Shown here piece after piece: positions 8,930-16,937 of a stretch of 42,035 nucleotides of DNA (positions within the stretch are counted from its first letter, which is position 1; each line of letters begins with the position of its first letter). A model generated the notes under the pieces. It was not told where the DNA came from and made no database searches. It was given only the letters and a program-made list of their open reading frames with translations. The stretch is from assembly GCA_043798385.1 (NCBI GenBank), contig JAZDOU010000334.1:1-42035 (forward strand). The letters are read 5' to 3'. The position numbers were made by a program, and so were the translations under genes. This stretch comes from Pseudomonadota bacterium (lineage in GTDB: Bacteria > Desulfobacterota > RBG-13-43-22).

Positions 8930-9322
8930 ATGGCTAATGATTGTTGCGCCCCGTCAGGAAACATTATGCTCTTGCCCTGTTCCGGTGGTTCCAATGTCGG
9001 TCAACTGGCCAACCAGGCGGCCGTGGAACTGACTCAGGAAAGTTTTGGGAAAATGTACTGCCTTGCCGGCATCGGGGCCCATTTGGGCGGTTTTGTTCAG
9101 TCCGCTAAAGATGTCCCGGAGGTAATCGTTATTGATGGTTGTGAAGTCGGTTGTGGCAAAGAGATTATGGAACATGCCCAAGTCCCTCTTAAAAATTACC
9201 TGGTCCTGACCGGTCTGGGAATTGAAAAAAACAAAAATTTCAACCTACAGCGTCAGGACATTGACCAAGTTAAAAAGGCCGTAAAAGCCTCTCGTCAAAA
9301 AGCAGAAAAGGCCCCGGCATGA
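8930..9322 (+). CDS. DGC-domain putative zinc-binding protein
   Basis: AAGGAGG SD. LPCSGGSNVGQLAN ... VIDGCEVGCG matches the DGC-family signature. Confidence 0.7.
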   Translation: MANDCCAPSGNIMLLPCSGGSNVGQLANQAAVELTQESFGKMYCLAGIGAHLGGFVQSAKDVPEVIVIDGCEVGCGKEIMEHAQVPLKNYLVLTGLGIEKNKNFNLQRQDIDQVKKAVKASRQKAEKAPA

Positions 9323-9493
9323 CCGTGGCCGCTGTCTCTGGTGCAGGAGGTTATCCTGCCCTTTAAGGAAAAGCCTTCCGGAGCATCCTGTTGCGGATAG
9401 TTATTTTTTTAATTACGGTTCGGCCTATCCCCCTCCCGTTACCCGGGTTGCCGGGGTGCAAGGGATTGGCAGGCCGAGGGAGATATTTTTTTC

Positions 9494-9539
9494 TTGACAG
9501 AGGTTTTAATAAACTACATTATCATGAAGTAATATAGTC
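9494..9539 (+). promoter_or_regulatory. Candidate sigma-70 promoter plus AGTAATATAGT motif
   Basis: TTTTTTTCTTGACA (TTGACA at 9494-9499), CATTAT at 17-bp spacing. AGTAATATAGT 9529-9539 is the reverse complement of ACTATATTACT found at 2741 and 4892. It is preceded by a GC-rich hairpin and T-run (about 9422-9492) that probably terminates the upstream operon. Confidence 0.4.
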
Positions 9540-9559
9540 ATTTAAAGGGACAAAAAATA

Positions 9560-10057
9560 ATGGAATCCGAGGATATTACCCAAGTCAAAGTAGGCACTTT
9601 TCGGGTCGGGATTATGGGCCTCAAGGAAGTGATGGACGATCTGGCTTCCTCCCTGGCCCAGGCTACGGATGAAGAAATGGCCCGGGAATTAGTTTCCCGC
9701 CTCGCTAAGAAAAATTATATTTCAGAAAAGACCAGGGCCGAATACGGGCGGGCCTTTTTAAACGAGTTCAAGAAATATCTCGGCAGGCCGGTCACCGAAA
9801 GCGAACCGGCCGGGCTGACCATCCGGGTCCTGGGCCAGGGCTGTCCCAATTGTCATGCCCTTAGCCAAAGGATTATGGAGGTCCTAAGCGAATTAAACCT
9901 GCCTGCCGATTTCGAGCATGTTACGGATATTAAGGAAATCGCCCGGTACGGGGTTATGCAGAGCCCGGCCCTGGTTGTGAACAAAAAAATAGTGACCCGG
10001 GGGACGGTTCCCGGCAAGGCCCAACTGATCGAGTGGTTTAAAAAGGCCGCCGGATAA
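9560..10057 (+). CDS. Thioredoxin-like redox-active disulfide protein with N-terminal extension
   Basis: The C-terminal half (RVLGQGCPNCH...MQSPALVVN) resembles the 8557 protein. The roughly 85-aa N-terminal domain is unassigned. Confidence 0.7.
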   Translation: MESEDITQVKVGTFRVGIMGLKEVMDDLASSLAQATDEEMARELVSRLAKKNYISEKTRAEYGRAFLNEFKKYLGRPVTESEPAGLTIRVLGQGCPNCHALSQRIMEVLSELNLPADFEHVTDIKEIARYGVMQSPALVVNKKIVTRGTVPGKAQLIEWFKKAAG

Positions 10058-10059
10058 AA

Positions 10060-10305
10060 ATGGGCCAGCCGATTGTTTTGACCTTTACCGAGGAAGAAAT
10101 TCAGACCATCGTGCGCCTCGACCTGGATGCCGATCAGGCCGGGGCGTTACATTTCATTCGCGATACTATGGGCAGGAAATTAAAGGCCCTCAGCCGCCCC
10201 CATTGTGTCCCGGTCTTTGAGGTCACTTATAGCCCCAGGCAGAAAGAGGCCTTTCAGCCAACAGGAAGGAATAAGGAAAGATGCCGACCAAAGGACCAGT
10301 CATGA
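10060..10305 (+). CDS. Hypothetical protein
   Basis: 81-aa ORF, tightly packed between its neighbours (ATGA overlap with the next gene). No family recognised. Confidence 0.4.
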   Translation: MGQPIVLTFTEEEIQTIVRLDLDADQAGALHFIRDTMGRKLKALSRPHCVPVFEVTYSPRQKEAFQPTGRNKERCRPKDQS

Positions 10306-10568
10306 AGATTCCTCACTTACTTTTTTCGATTACTTTAATCCTTTTTTTGCTGTTGGGCGGCACCGTTTCTTTGGCCCAGGACAAGAAGGCCGTCTCCCCT
10401 GCTCCCACCGGACCTCAGCCGGGGACCCTCTCAGATCAAAATAAGCCGCCAGACCGGGATTGTGCCCAAGCTTCTACCCCGGTCCCCCCGGAAAAAAAGC
10501 AGACAGATCCTGAATCGTTAACACCCCCGCCGATAAAAATTCAGGAAGGCACCAATGCCGAGGGTTGA
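10302..10568 (+). CDS. Secreted proline-rich hypothetical protein
   Basis: ORF trimmed to MKIPHLLFSITLILFLLLGGTVSLA (signal peptide), followed by low-complexity Pro-rich sequence. Confidence 0.45.
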   Translation: MKIPHLLFSITLILFLLLGGTVSLAQDKKAVSPAPTGPQPGTLSDQNKPPDRDCAQASTPVPPEKKQTDPESLTPPPIKIQEGTNAEG

Positions 10569-10633
10569 TCCTGAAAAAAGGTCTCCGGGCGGAGACGATC
10601 GTTTAACAAAAGGAATAAAAGGAGGAAAACACT

Positions 10634-11725
10634 ATGTCCGAAGGGACTCCTAAAAAACTTTCCTTTCTGGACCGTTTCCTGACCCTGTGGATCTTTTTAG
10701 CCATGCTGATCGGTGTGGGCTCCGGCTATCTTTTTCCCAAGGTGGTCGGATTCTGGAATCTCTTCCAGGTTGACACCACCAATATCCCCATTGCCATCGG
10801 CCTGATCCTGATGATGTACCCTCCTCTGGCCAAGGTCAAATATGAAGAACTTGGAGAAGTCTTTAAAAATTACCGGGTCCTGACCCTCTCCCTGATCCAG
10901 AACTGGGTCATCGGCCCGATCCTGATGTTCTTCCTGGCCATCCTCTTTCTGGCCGGCTACCCCGAATACATGGTCGGCCTGATCATGATCGGCCTGGCCC
11001 GTTGCATCGCCATGGTCATCGTCTGGAACGAGCTGGCCTCCGGAGACACCGAATACTGTGCCGGTCTGGTGGCCTTCAATTCCATTTTCCAGGTCCTTTT
11101 CTTCTCCCTGTATGCCTATATTTTCATCACTATTCTGCCCGGCTGGTTCGGCCTGAAAGGCACAGTGGTGGATATTTCCATCGGTCAGATTGCCAAGAGT
11201 GTTTTTGTTTATCTGGGTATTCCTTTTATCGCCGGGGTCATTACCCGTTTCACCCTGATCAAGATCAAGGACAAGACCTGGTATCATGAAAAATTCATTC
11301 CCAAGATCAGCCCCATCACCCTGATCGCCCTGCTCTTCACCATCATCGTCATGTTTTCTCTGAAGGGGGAATTTATTGTTCAACTGCCATTGGATGTGAT
11401 ACGCATCGCCATCCCGCTGACCATTTATTTTGTCATCATGTTCTTTATCTCGTTTTATATGTCGATGAAAGTCAAGGCGACTTACGAACAATCCACCACC
11501 CTTTCCTTTACGGCCGCCTCCAATAATTTCGAACTGGCCATTGCCGTGGCGATAGCCGTCTTCGGCATCAACTCCGGGGCGGCCTTTGCGGCCGTCATCG
11601 GCCCTCTGGTCGAAGTTCCGGTCCTGATCAGCCTGGTCAATGTGGCCTTGTGGTTCAAACGAAAATACTTCCCTTTTGCTGTAGAGACGCCTACCGGCAT
11701 CTGTCATGTCACCTGTAAACCGTAA
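10634..11725 (+). CDS. acr3: ACR3-family arsenite efflux transporter
   Basis: [25 protein letters not shown]-terminus and the conserved [13 protein letters not shown] Cys motif are diagnostic of ACR3. Confidence 0.9.
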   Translation: MSEGTPKKLSFLDRFLTLWIFLAMLIGVGSGYLFPKVVGFWNLFQVDTTNIPIAIGLILMMYPPLAKVKYEELGEVFKNYRVLTLSLIQNWVIGPILMFFLAILFLAGYPEYMVGLIMIGLARCIAMVIVWNELASGDTEYCAGLVAFNSIFQVLFFSLYAYIFITILPGWFGLKGTVVDISIGQIAKSVFVYLGIPFIAGVITRFTLIKIKDKTWYHEKFIPKISPITLIALLFTIIVMFSLKGEFIVQLPLDVIRIAIPLTIYFVIMFFISFYMSMKVKATYEQSTTLSFTAASNNFELAIAVAIAVFGINSGAAFAAVIGPLVEVPVLISLVNVALWFKRKYFPFAVETPTGICHVTCKP

Positions 11726-11729
11726 AAGA

Positions 11730-11771
11730 AAGGTTCAAGGTGTAAGGTATAAGGCTCAGGGTAAAGGAATT
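11730..11771 (+). repeat. Six tandem heptamers AAGGTNN
   Basis: AAGGTTC AAGGTGT AAGGTAT AAGGCTC AGGGTAA AGGAATT, located directly between acr3 and the next CDS. Confidence 0.7.
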
Positions 11772-11790
11772 AGAATGAAGAGAATGGCTC

Positions 11791-12315
11791 ATGTTACTAA
11801 ACAGCTACAGTAAAGAAATCTTTCGGCCCGAATGCAACCCCGGTTTTCAATCTCTGCACTGTATCGCCCGCTTGGATCAGGATATCAGGGAAGTCCTTCC
11901 TTATCTCAATACCGTTCTTGGTGGAGATGAGTACTATCAGGATCCCCCGGCAGTGACCTTCAGGCCTCAGGGCAAACTGATCACCGTTCATCCCGATAAG
12001 ATTGCCATTAATGCCCTCCGTGATGAGCAAGAGGCCGACCGGATCCTGGAGTGGCTCAAGAGAGAAATTAATGAGACCTGGGAAAAGAGGGCTATAATCA
12101 AACCGTCCTATGAAAGCCTGCCCCGTCCGCAGGTCTTTGAGGTCCTGAAGATGCTACCAAAAACCAACTGCCGTGAATGCGGTCAACCGACCTGTATGGT
12201 CTTTGCCGTGGCCGTTACCGAAGGGGTGAAAGGAGTGGAAGACTGCCCGCCGCTGAACAACGAGAGCAGGGAAAAACTACAGGGATATTTGAACCGCTTT
12301 CATTTGGATTTTTGA
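11791..12315 (+). CDS. Fe-S cluster domain protein (CdhE/Rnf-type N-terminal 4Fe-4S motif near the C-terminus)
   Basis: LPKTNCRECGQPTCMVFAVAV...CPP matches the putative Fe-S cluster (PF04060-like) signature. The rest is unassigned. Confidence 0.6.
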   Translation: MLLNSYSKEIFRPECNPGFQSLHCIARLDQDIREVLPYLNTVLGGDEYYQDPPAVTFRPQGKLITVHPDKIAINALRDEQEADRILEWLKREINETWEKRAIIKPSYESLPRPQVFEVLKMLPKTNCRECGQPTCMVFAVAVTEGVKGVEDCPPLNNESREKLQGYLNRFHLDF

Positions 12316-12319
12316 AGGA

Positions 12320-13534
12320 ATGGATAGAACCATAAACAAAAAAAGATGGCTCCTTTATTTGGTTTTAGCAACCATCTTAAGCGTCCTGTTGGTTTCTCCC
12401 TATCTTTTTGGGGAAGGGAAAAAAGAGGATATCCATTCTCTGAAGGAACTGATCGAACGCTATGATTCCGCCCGGTGCCAGGAGTGTCATCCGAAGCAAT
12501 ACGCCCAATGGGAGAAGTCCCATCATGCCCGTCCCTTAATGGGTATGGATGACTGGATCTTCATGTCTAAATACCTCAAGGAAGGGGTCCTGGCCGTGAA
12601 AGACCCTAAGAAGGCCACCAAGGCCAATTTCCCTTGTGCCAAATGCCATCTTCCTCAATTAAACCAAGCTACCGATGCAGTTGCTGCCGAACTGGCGGCA
12701 GCCGTCCTTCGTGATGATAAAAAACTCGTCAGACAATTAAACATCGGCTGCCTGGTCTGTCATCAGGATAAGGCCGTGATCCACCACAAACCGGAACCGG
12801 GCGTCTTATACGGGAAGAGGTTCCGGCGCCGCTTTGATGATCACAAAGGGGATGTAAAAAAGGTGCGGGAAAGCACTTTTATGAAATCGGCCCTCTTTTG
12901 CGGCCAATGCCACGGTTTAGGCCCCAATCTGGAATCTGAGATTCCGACCCAATGCGCCACCCTCTACGGCAGTTATCTCCATGCCTATATCCCATCGGGC
13001 GGATCTCAAACGTGTCAGGACTGCCACATGCCCAAGCGGGATCACACCTGCCTGCCCAATTTTAACAATCGAGAAGAAACAGCGGCCCGATTAAAAAATG
13101 CCCTGCCCATGGAAGTACAAACCCTGGGTTATATCTTTCAGATAGAAGAAGAAAAATACCAGCCTATGGCCGTTGTCAAGACCCGAATTACCAACAAAGC
13201 CGGGCATCGTATCCCTGATGGGTGACCGACCAGAACCCGGGTGGTCCTGGAAGTGACTGCATACCTAACGAACGGACAGAAGTTTTTTCAGACAGAAAAA
13301 ATTTACATGCCCCAGGCGACCGACAGCCGCAGCCCGCTCATGGCCCTTGGACCGGATAAAAAACTCGGCCTGATCCGGGATACCAGTATCCAGCCTTTTG
13401 CTCCCAAAGAAGAGACCTTTGAGATACCGGTGCCCAAGGGTGCCATCTGGTTGGATATAAACCTGAGTTACCAACCCCGGCCTGGAAATATTTATCCTAT
13501 CCATAGTATTAAGAAAAAAGTAACCATGAATTAA
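12320..13534 (+). CDS. Pentahaem c-type cytochrome, reading frame continued through an in-frame TGA (13223-13225)
   Basis: Signal anchor. Five CXXCH motifs (CQECH, CAKCH, CLVCH, CGQCH, CQDCH). ORFs 12320..13225 and 13241..13534 are in the same frame. The junction NKAGHRIPDG-TGA-PTRTRVVLEV lies inside what looks like one conserved GHxxPxG....R..LEV motif. Confidence 0.6.
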
Positions 13535-13610
13535 ATGGCTGAATGGCCCCGTTCCTAATATCGTCATGCCGTCAAAGCAGGAATTCAGGAATATTACCGG
13601 CTGGACTTTT

Positions 13611-13741
13611 TAGTGACTTAAGAATAAAATTCTACGCAAAATGGAAAGAATTTATTAAAAAACAAGCCGTTGACCCGGACCAACCAAGGGTTTTAACACA
13701 TTTTGTATATCCAATTTTGGTTCCGGCTGGTCCGGGTTGGG
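13611..13741 (-). repeat. 131-bp intergenic repeat, copy A (inverted relative to B, C and D)
   Basis: Its reverse complement matches copy B at 130 of 131 positions. Confidence 0.9.
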
Positions 13742-13779
13742 AAACCGTTAAATTCTATTGGTCAAAACAGCTCAAGAGG

Positions 13780-14640
13780 TTATGAAAGACTTTTAGCGAG
13801 GGTATCCAGTATCTTTTGGTTTAAACCGAGGGCCGCCCCGTCCAACCCCAGACTCAGACCCAGCAACTGGGGATAAAGGAGAGAAGGCACTCCCTGATTT
13901 TCGTCCGCTTCTTTTCCCATTATTTCCCCGACCCGGTCAAACTGCATTTGACAATGGGTACAGGCCACACAGAGCACATCAGCTCCGGATTCTTTGGCAC
14001 TTTCTATTTTCTTGGTGGTCAGTTCCAGGGACAAATCATTATTTTTACCCCACAAGGACTCCCCGCAACATTGGGTCCTGAGCGGATAATCCACACTGAC
14101 GGCACCAGTGACTTCAACCAGCCTCTCAAATTTACTCGGATTAAAGGGGTTATCAAATTGAACCACATCGCGGGGGCGTAAGATATGACAACCATAATGG
14201 GCGGCAACCTTGAGGTTCTGAAACGGCCGGACATTTTTCCCCAAGATACTTTCCGGAACGATATCCTCAGAAAGGACATTTAAAAGGTGCTTTATTTCCA
14301 CCTGCTCCGGATAGCGCAGACCTTCACCTTTTAACCATTCATTGACTTCCTTCAAAAGAAGCTCATTTTTTCTGAGTAAATGATCCGCATAGCGTAAGGT
14401 CCCGTAACAACACTGGCAAAGACATAACAAGGGCAATCCCTTTTCGCCGCTTATGGCAATATTTCGGGCCGAGGAGAAGATAAAGGCCCTGAAGTCCAGA
14501 AAACGGATCGGGTATCCACAACAATTAAATTCCAGATCCTCTAATTCAAGACCCAAGGTATTGAGCACCAGGCGGCTGGCCATTTCATACTGGGGGACGT
14601 AATAAGGGACCTTGCATCCTGGGAATAAGCTGTATTTCAT
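13780..14640 (-). CDS. HdrB-like CCG-domain protein (heterodisulfide reductase subunit B family)
   Basis: ORF trimmed to MKYSLFPGCK. Two CCG-type motifs (NCCGYP, TQCCGES) plus CxxC-rich segments. GGGAG SD supplied by the end of repeat copy B. Confidence 0.8.
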   Translation of the reverse strand: MKYSLFPGCKVPYYVPQYEMASRLVLNTLGLELEDLEFNCCGYPIRFLDFRAFIFSSARNIAISGEKGLPLLCLCQCCYGTLRYADHLLRKNELLLKEVNEWLKGEGLRYPEQVEIKHLLNVLSEDIVPESILGKNVRPFQNLKVAAHYGCHILRPRDVVQFDNPFNPSKFERLVEVTGAVSVDYPLRTQCCGESLWGKNNDLSLELTTKKIESAKESGADVLCVACTHCQMQFDRVGEIMGKEADENQGVPSLLYPQLLGLSLGLDGAALGLNQKILDTLAKSLS

Positions 14641-14649
14641 GATTTTTCT

Positions 14650-14780
14650 CCCAACCCGGACCAGCCGGAACCAAAATTGGATATACAAAATGTGTTAAAA
14701 CCCTTGGTTGGTCCGGGTCAACGGCTTGTTCTTTAATAAATTCTTTCCATTTTGCGTAGAATTTTATTCTTAAGTCACTA
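14650..14780 (+). repeat. 131-bp intergenic repeat, copy B
   Basis: See copy A. Its last 11 nt overlap the stop and the last three codons of the upstream minus-strand gene (14770..). Confidence 0.9.
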
Positions 14781-16464
14781 AATCCCCTTCGCCGGGAGTC
14801 CGGCTTTTCCCCTGCTGAAAAGCCGTATTTTTAAGTTCAAACAGGATATCGGTTACCCGGATCCCCTGGGGGCAGGATTCCTGACAATTATAACAACCCA
14901 GGCAGTCCCAGACCATCCTGGCTCCCAAGACGTTATCCTGAAGTCCGTATTTTAAACTTTGCATAATAAGATGCGGCAGCAATCCAAGTTTTTCCAGAGG
15001 ATTTTTATAATTAACCACCACCGGGCAGGCGTTGGTACAGGTCATACAGGTAAAACAGGCATAAAAAGTGCTGGCCTGTAAGGAAAGACCGACACTCTGG
15101 GTAAATTTTTTCCCGGAAGGCGGTAGTTGGATAACGGCATTTTTTCTATCCCAATCAAATTTCTCCACAAAGGCATCTCGTGTCCGGGTGAAAAGTTCAG
15201 GGCATCCCCGATGGCTCAAATCCTTATCCATAACAAACCACTGGTCCTGAAGAACGATCCCCACCGGACAGACGGTGCTGCAACGGTAACAATCGGTGCA
15301 GATGGATTCCCCTTCCCGGATCATCGGAAGAGTTGAGAGGGACGACCCGTTTTTATTGTTCAGGGTAGTTAAAGCCTTCAATTTTTCCGAAGGCAGGATT
15401 TGGATATTGGGAATGGATTGGTAAACAGGTCCCACGGAACAATGGATACTGCAGGTAGCGCAGTGGGTACAGGCATCCAGCTCAATAGCCTGAACCGTGG
15501 CTATATTGGCGGGAGAGGCCTTGGGTCGATCCATCACACCGTTGATCAGAAGCACCAGAGGGCTGGTCAGGATATGGAAAAATTTGGTAAACGGCAGCAA
15601 GGCCAGCCCGAGAAAACAGACCAGAAAATGGAAATAAAGAAGGGACTCCCGGATGGTTTTCTGACTCAAGATAAGGGCCGATGGGGTGATTGCCTTGGCC
15701 AGCCCGTAAGACACAAAAGCCGCCGTCGGCCTGGAATGACAGGAGGCACAATTGAGGACATGGACCTCCCGGCCTTTGGTCAAGACAGCGGCCTCCGTGG
15801 ATGGGGTCTTGGGGAAGACCACGGCAAAGTCTCTGGCCCAATAGGCCCTCAGGGCATCGGCTTCCTGTTCGTCGGATATGGAAGAATATTCGGAAACCAT
15901 TTCCTCATACCGCTGGTGGGAAACGATCTTGGTGGCCTCTAAAAAAAACCCGGAAAGGGCGATCAAGGCCAGAATCACCAGGGCATAGATATCCGCACTC
16001 CCCGTGGTCAGACGCATGATCCGGTTGGTGATCCGGCGATAGGCGGCGATGGCCAGGCCTAACAACATCATGGCCCCGAACAGATTCCTCAGAAAAAGAA
16101 AAGGATTGAGGGTCGAGAAGTATTCGGGAAAGAGCTTCTGGCTGACATAGCGATCCAGGGCATGCATAAGGAGCAGCAGGATAAACCCGTAGGCGATACA
16201 AAAATGCATGAACCAGCGGACAAACCCTTCCCGGGTTATCTGCTTCTGAAGGAAGACCTCCAAAAACCAGATCTTAATGAGATGAAACAGTTTTAGGCTG
16301 AAAAAGACGGAGAAAACTCCTTTGAGGGCCTCTAAAAATCGTTTAGGAGCGGATATTCTTTCGGAGGGATCACCGGTCCACCGTCGAAACCACCTTAAAA
16401 TCTTGACCCCTGTCCCGATTCCAAAAATAATCAAAGCGGCATATAAACTGATTTTAAAAAACAT
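14770..16464 (-). CDS. Membrane NarI/DsrM/HdrE-like domain fused to HdrC-like double 4Fe-4S ferredoxin domains
   Basis: The N-terminal ~300 aa have five or six TM helices with conserved His residues. The C-terminal half carries four CxxCxxCxxxCP-type motifs (CTHCATCSIHC, CTDCYRCSTVCP, CFTCMTCTNACP, CLGCYNCQESCP). Confidence 0.75.
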   Translation of the reverse strand: MFFKISLYAALIIFGIGTGVKILRWFRRWTGDPSERISAPKRFLEALKGVFSVFFSLKLFHLIKIWFLEVFLQKQITREGFVRWFMHFCIAYGFILLLLMHALDRYVSQKLFPEYFSTLNPFLFLRNLFGAMMLLGLAIAAYRRITNRIMRLTTGSADIYALVILALIALSGFFLEATKIVSHQRYEEMVSEYSSISDEQEADALRAYWARDFAVVFPKTPSTEAAVLTKGREVHVLNCASCHSRPTAAFVSYGLAKAITPSALILSQKTIRESLLYFHFLVCFLGLALLPFTKFFHILTSPLVLLINGVMDRPKASPANIATVQAIELDACTHCATCSIHCSVGPVYQSIPNIQILPSEKLKALTTLNNKNGSSLSTLPMIREGESICTDCYRCSTVCPVGIVLQDQWFVMDKDLSHRGCPELFTRTRDAFVEKFDWDRKNAVIQLPPSGKKFTQSVGLSLQASTFYACFTCMTCTNACPVVVNYKNPLEKLGLLPHLIMQSLKYGLQDNVLGARMVWDCLGCYNCQESCPQGIRVTDILFELKNTAFQQGKSRTPGEGDLVT

Positions 16465-16482
16465 GGTCCCTTTCCCTGAATA

Positions 16483-16680
16483 GTTCTCATCCGGAAACGA
16501 TCTTTTCGGATGAGAACATACATCTGCCGGCTATCCTCTTTGGCCAGAAATCCTTTAAAAAGGATTTCTGGCGAGAGCTTCATGCCGGTCCCCGAATGGG
16601 GACCTTAGCATAGGTCGATAAAATCGACCGGCCGAAATCGAGGTGTTTCCATCCGAAAATTCGAATTTCCGGATGGAAAC
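16483..16680 (+). repeat. Mosaic array of five hairpins (left copy)
   Basis: Hairpins at 16483-16517, 16542-16572, 16587-16604, 16613-16629 and 16645-16680. Hairpins 1, 2 and 5 recur in reverse order and orientation at 19757-19909. Confidence 0.85.
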
Positions 16681-16902
16681 TGAATACTATCTTTATAGCC
16701 TGCGCCCATTCCCTCTGACCCTTTAACGATTCACTACCGGCCGGGGAATTCAGTTTAATTTGGGAAATGTATCACAAGAATTTCTTGTAATCAAATAAAA
16801 AAATAATACGGGGATTAAAAGCGACTTTATCAATTATCTATCCATATCAGCCTATTTTTTTATCGCCGATCCGAATAAACCCGTTATTTTTTAAAGAAGG
16901 GC

Positions 16903-16930
16903 TTGAAAAAATTCCCAAAAATGATAATCT
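16903..16930 (+). promoter_or_regulatory. Candidate extended -10 sigma-70 promoter, probably giving a leaderless or near-leaderless mRNA
   Basis: TTGAAA 16903-16908, 16 bp, TGaTAATCT (-10 hexamer at 16925-16930). The ATG at 16938 is 8 nt downstream and has no SD. Confidence 0.4.
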
Positions 16931-16937
16931 TAGTTAA

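Noticed and set aside
9320-9397. Read-through of the DGC-protein TGA stop (9320-9322) would add 25 residues ending in SCCG.
   Set aside because: I found no convincing hairpin after the TGA. The extension has no similarity to anything I know, and the DGC protein is already full length. A normal stop is the parsimonious reading.
2700-13600. The metal(loid)-resistance island as a mobile genomic island.
   Set aside because: There is no integrase, transposase, tRNA attachment site or flanking direct repeat in the window. The truncated CDF and the repeat copy at 8795 hint at rearrangement but do not demonstrate mobility.
13543-13785. ORFs that run through the 131-bp repeat and share the peptide DLRIKFYAKWKEFI..QAVDPDQPR.L..F.YPILVPAGPGW. 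These are 13543..13785(+), 24617..24835(-) and 8553..8819(-).
   Set aside because: The shared peptide is a translation artefact of the DNA repeat. There is no common start codon or SD. The ORFs extend into unrelated flanks or overlap real genes. The differences between copies are mostly non-synonymous and clustered in the predicted loop.
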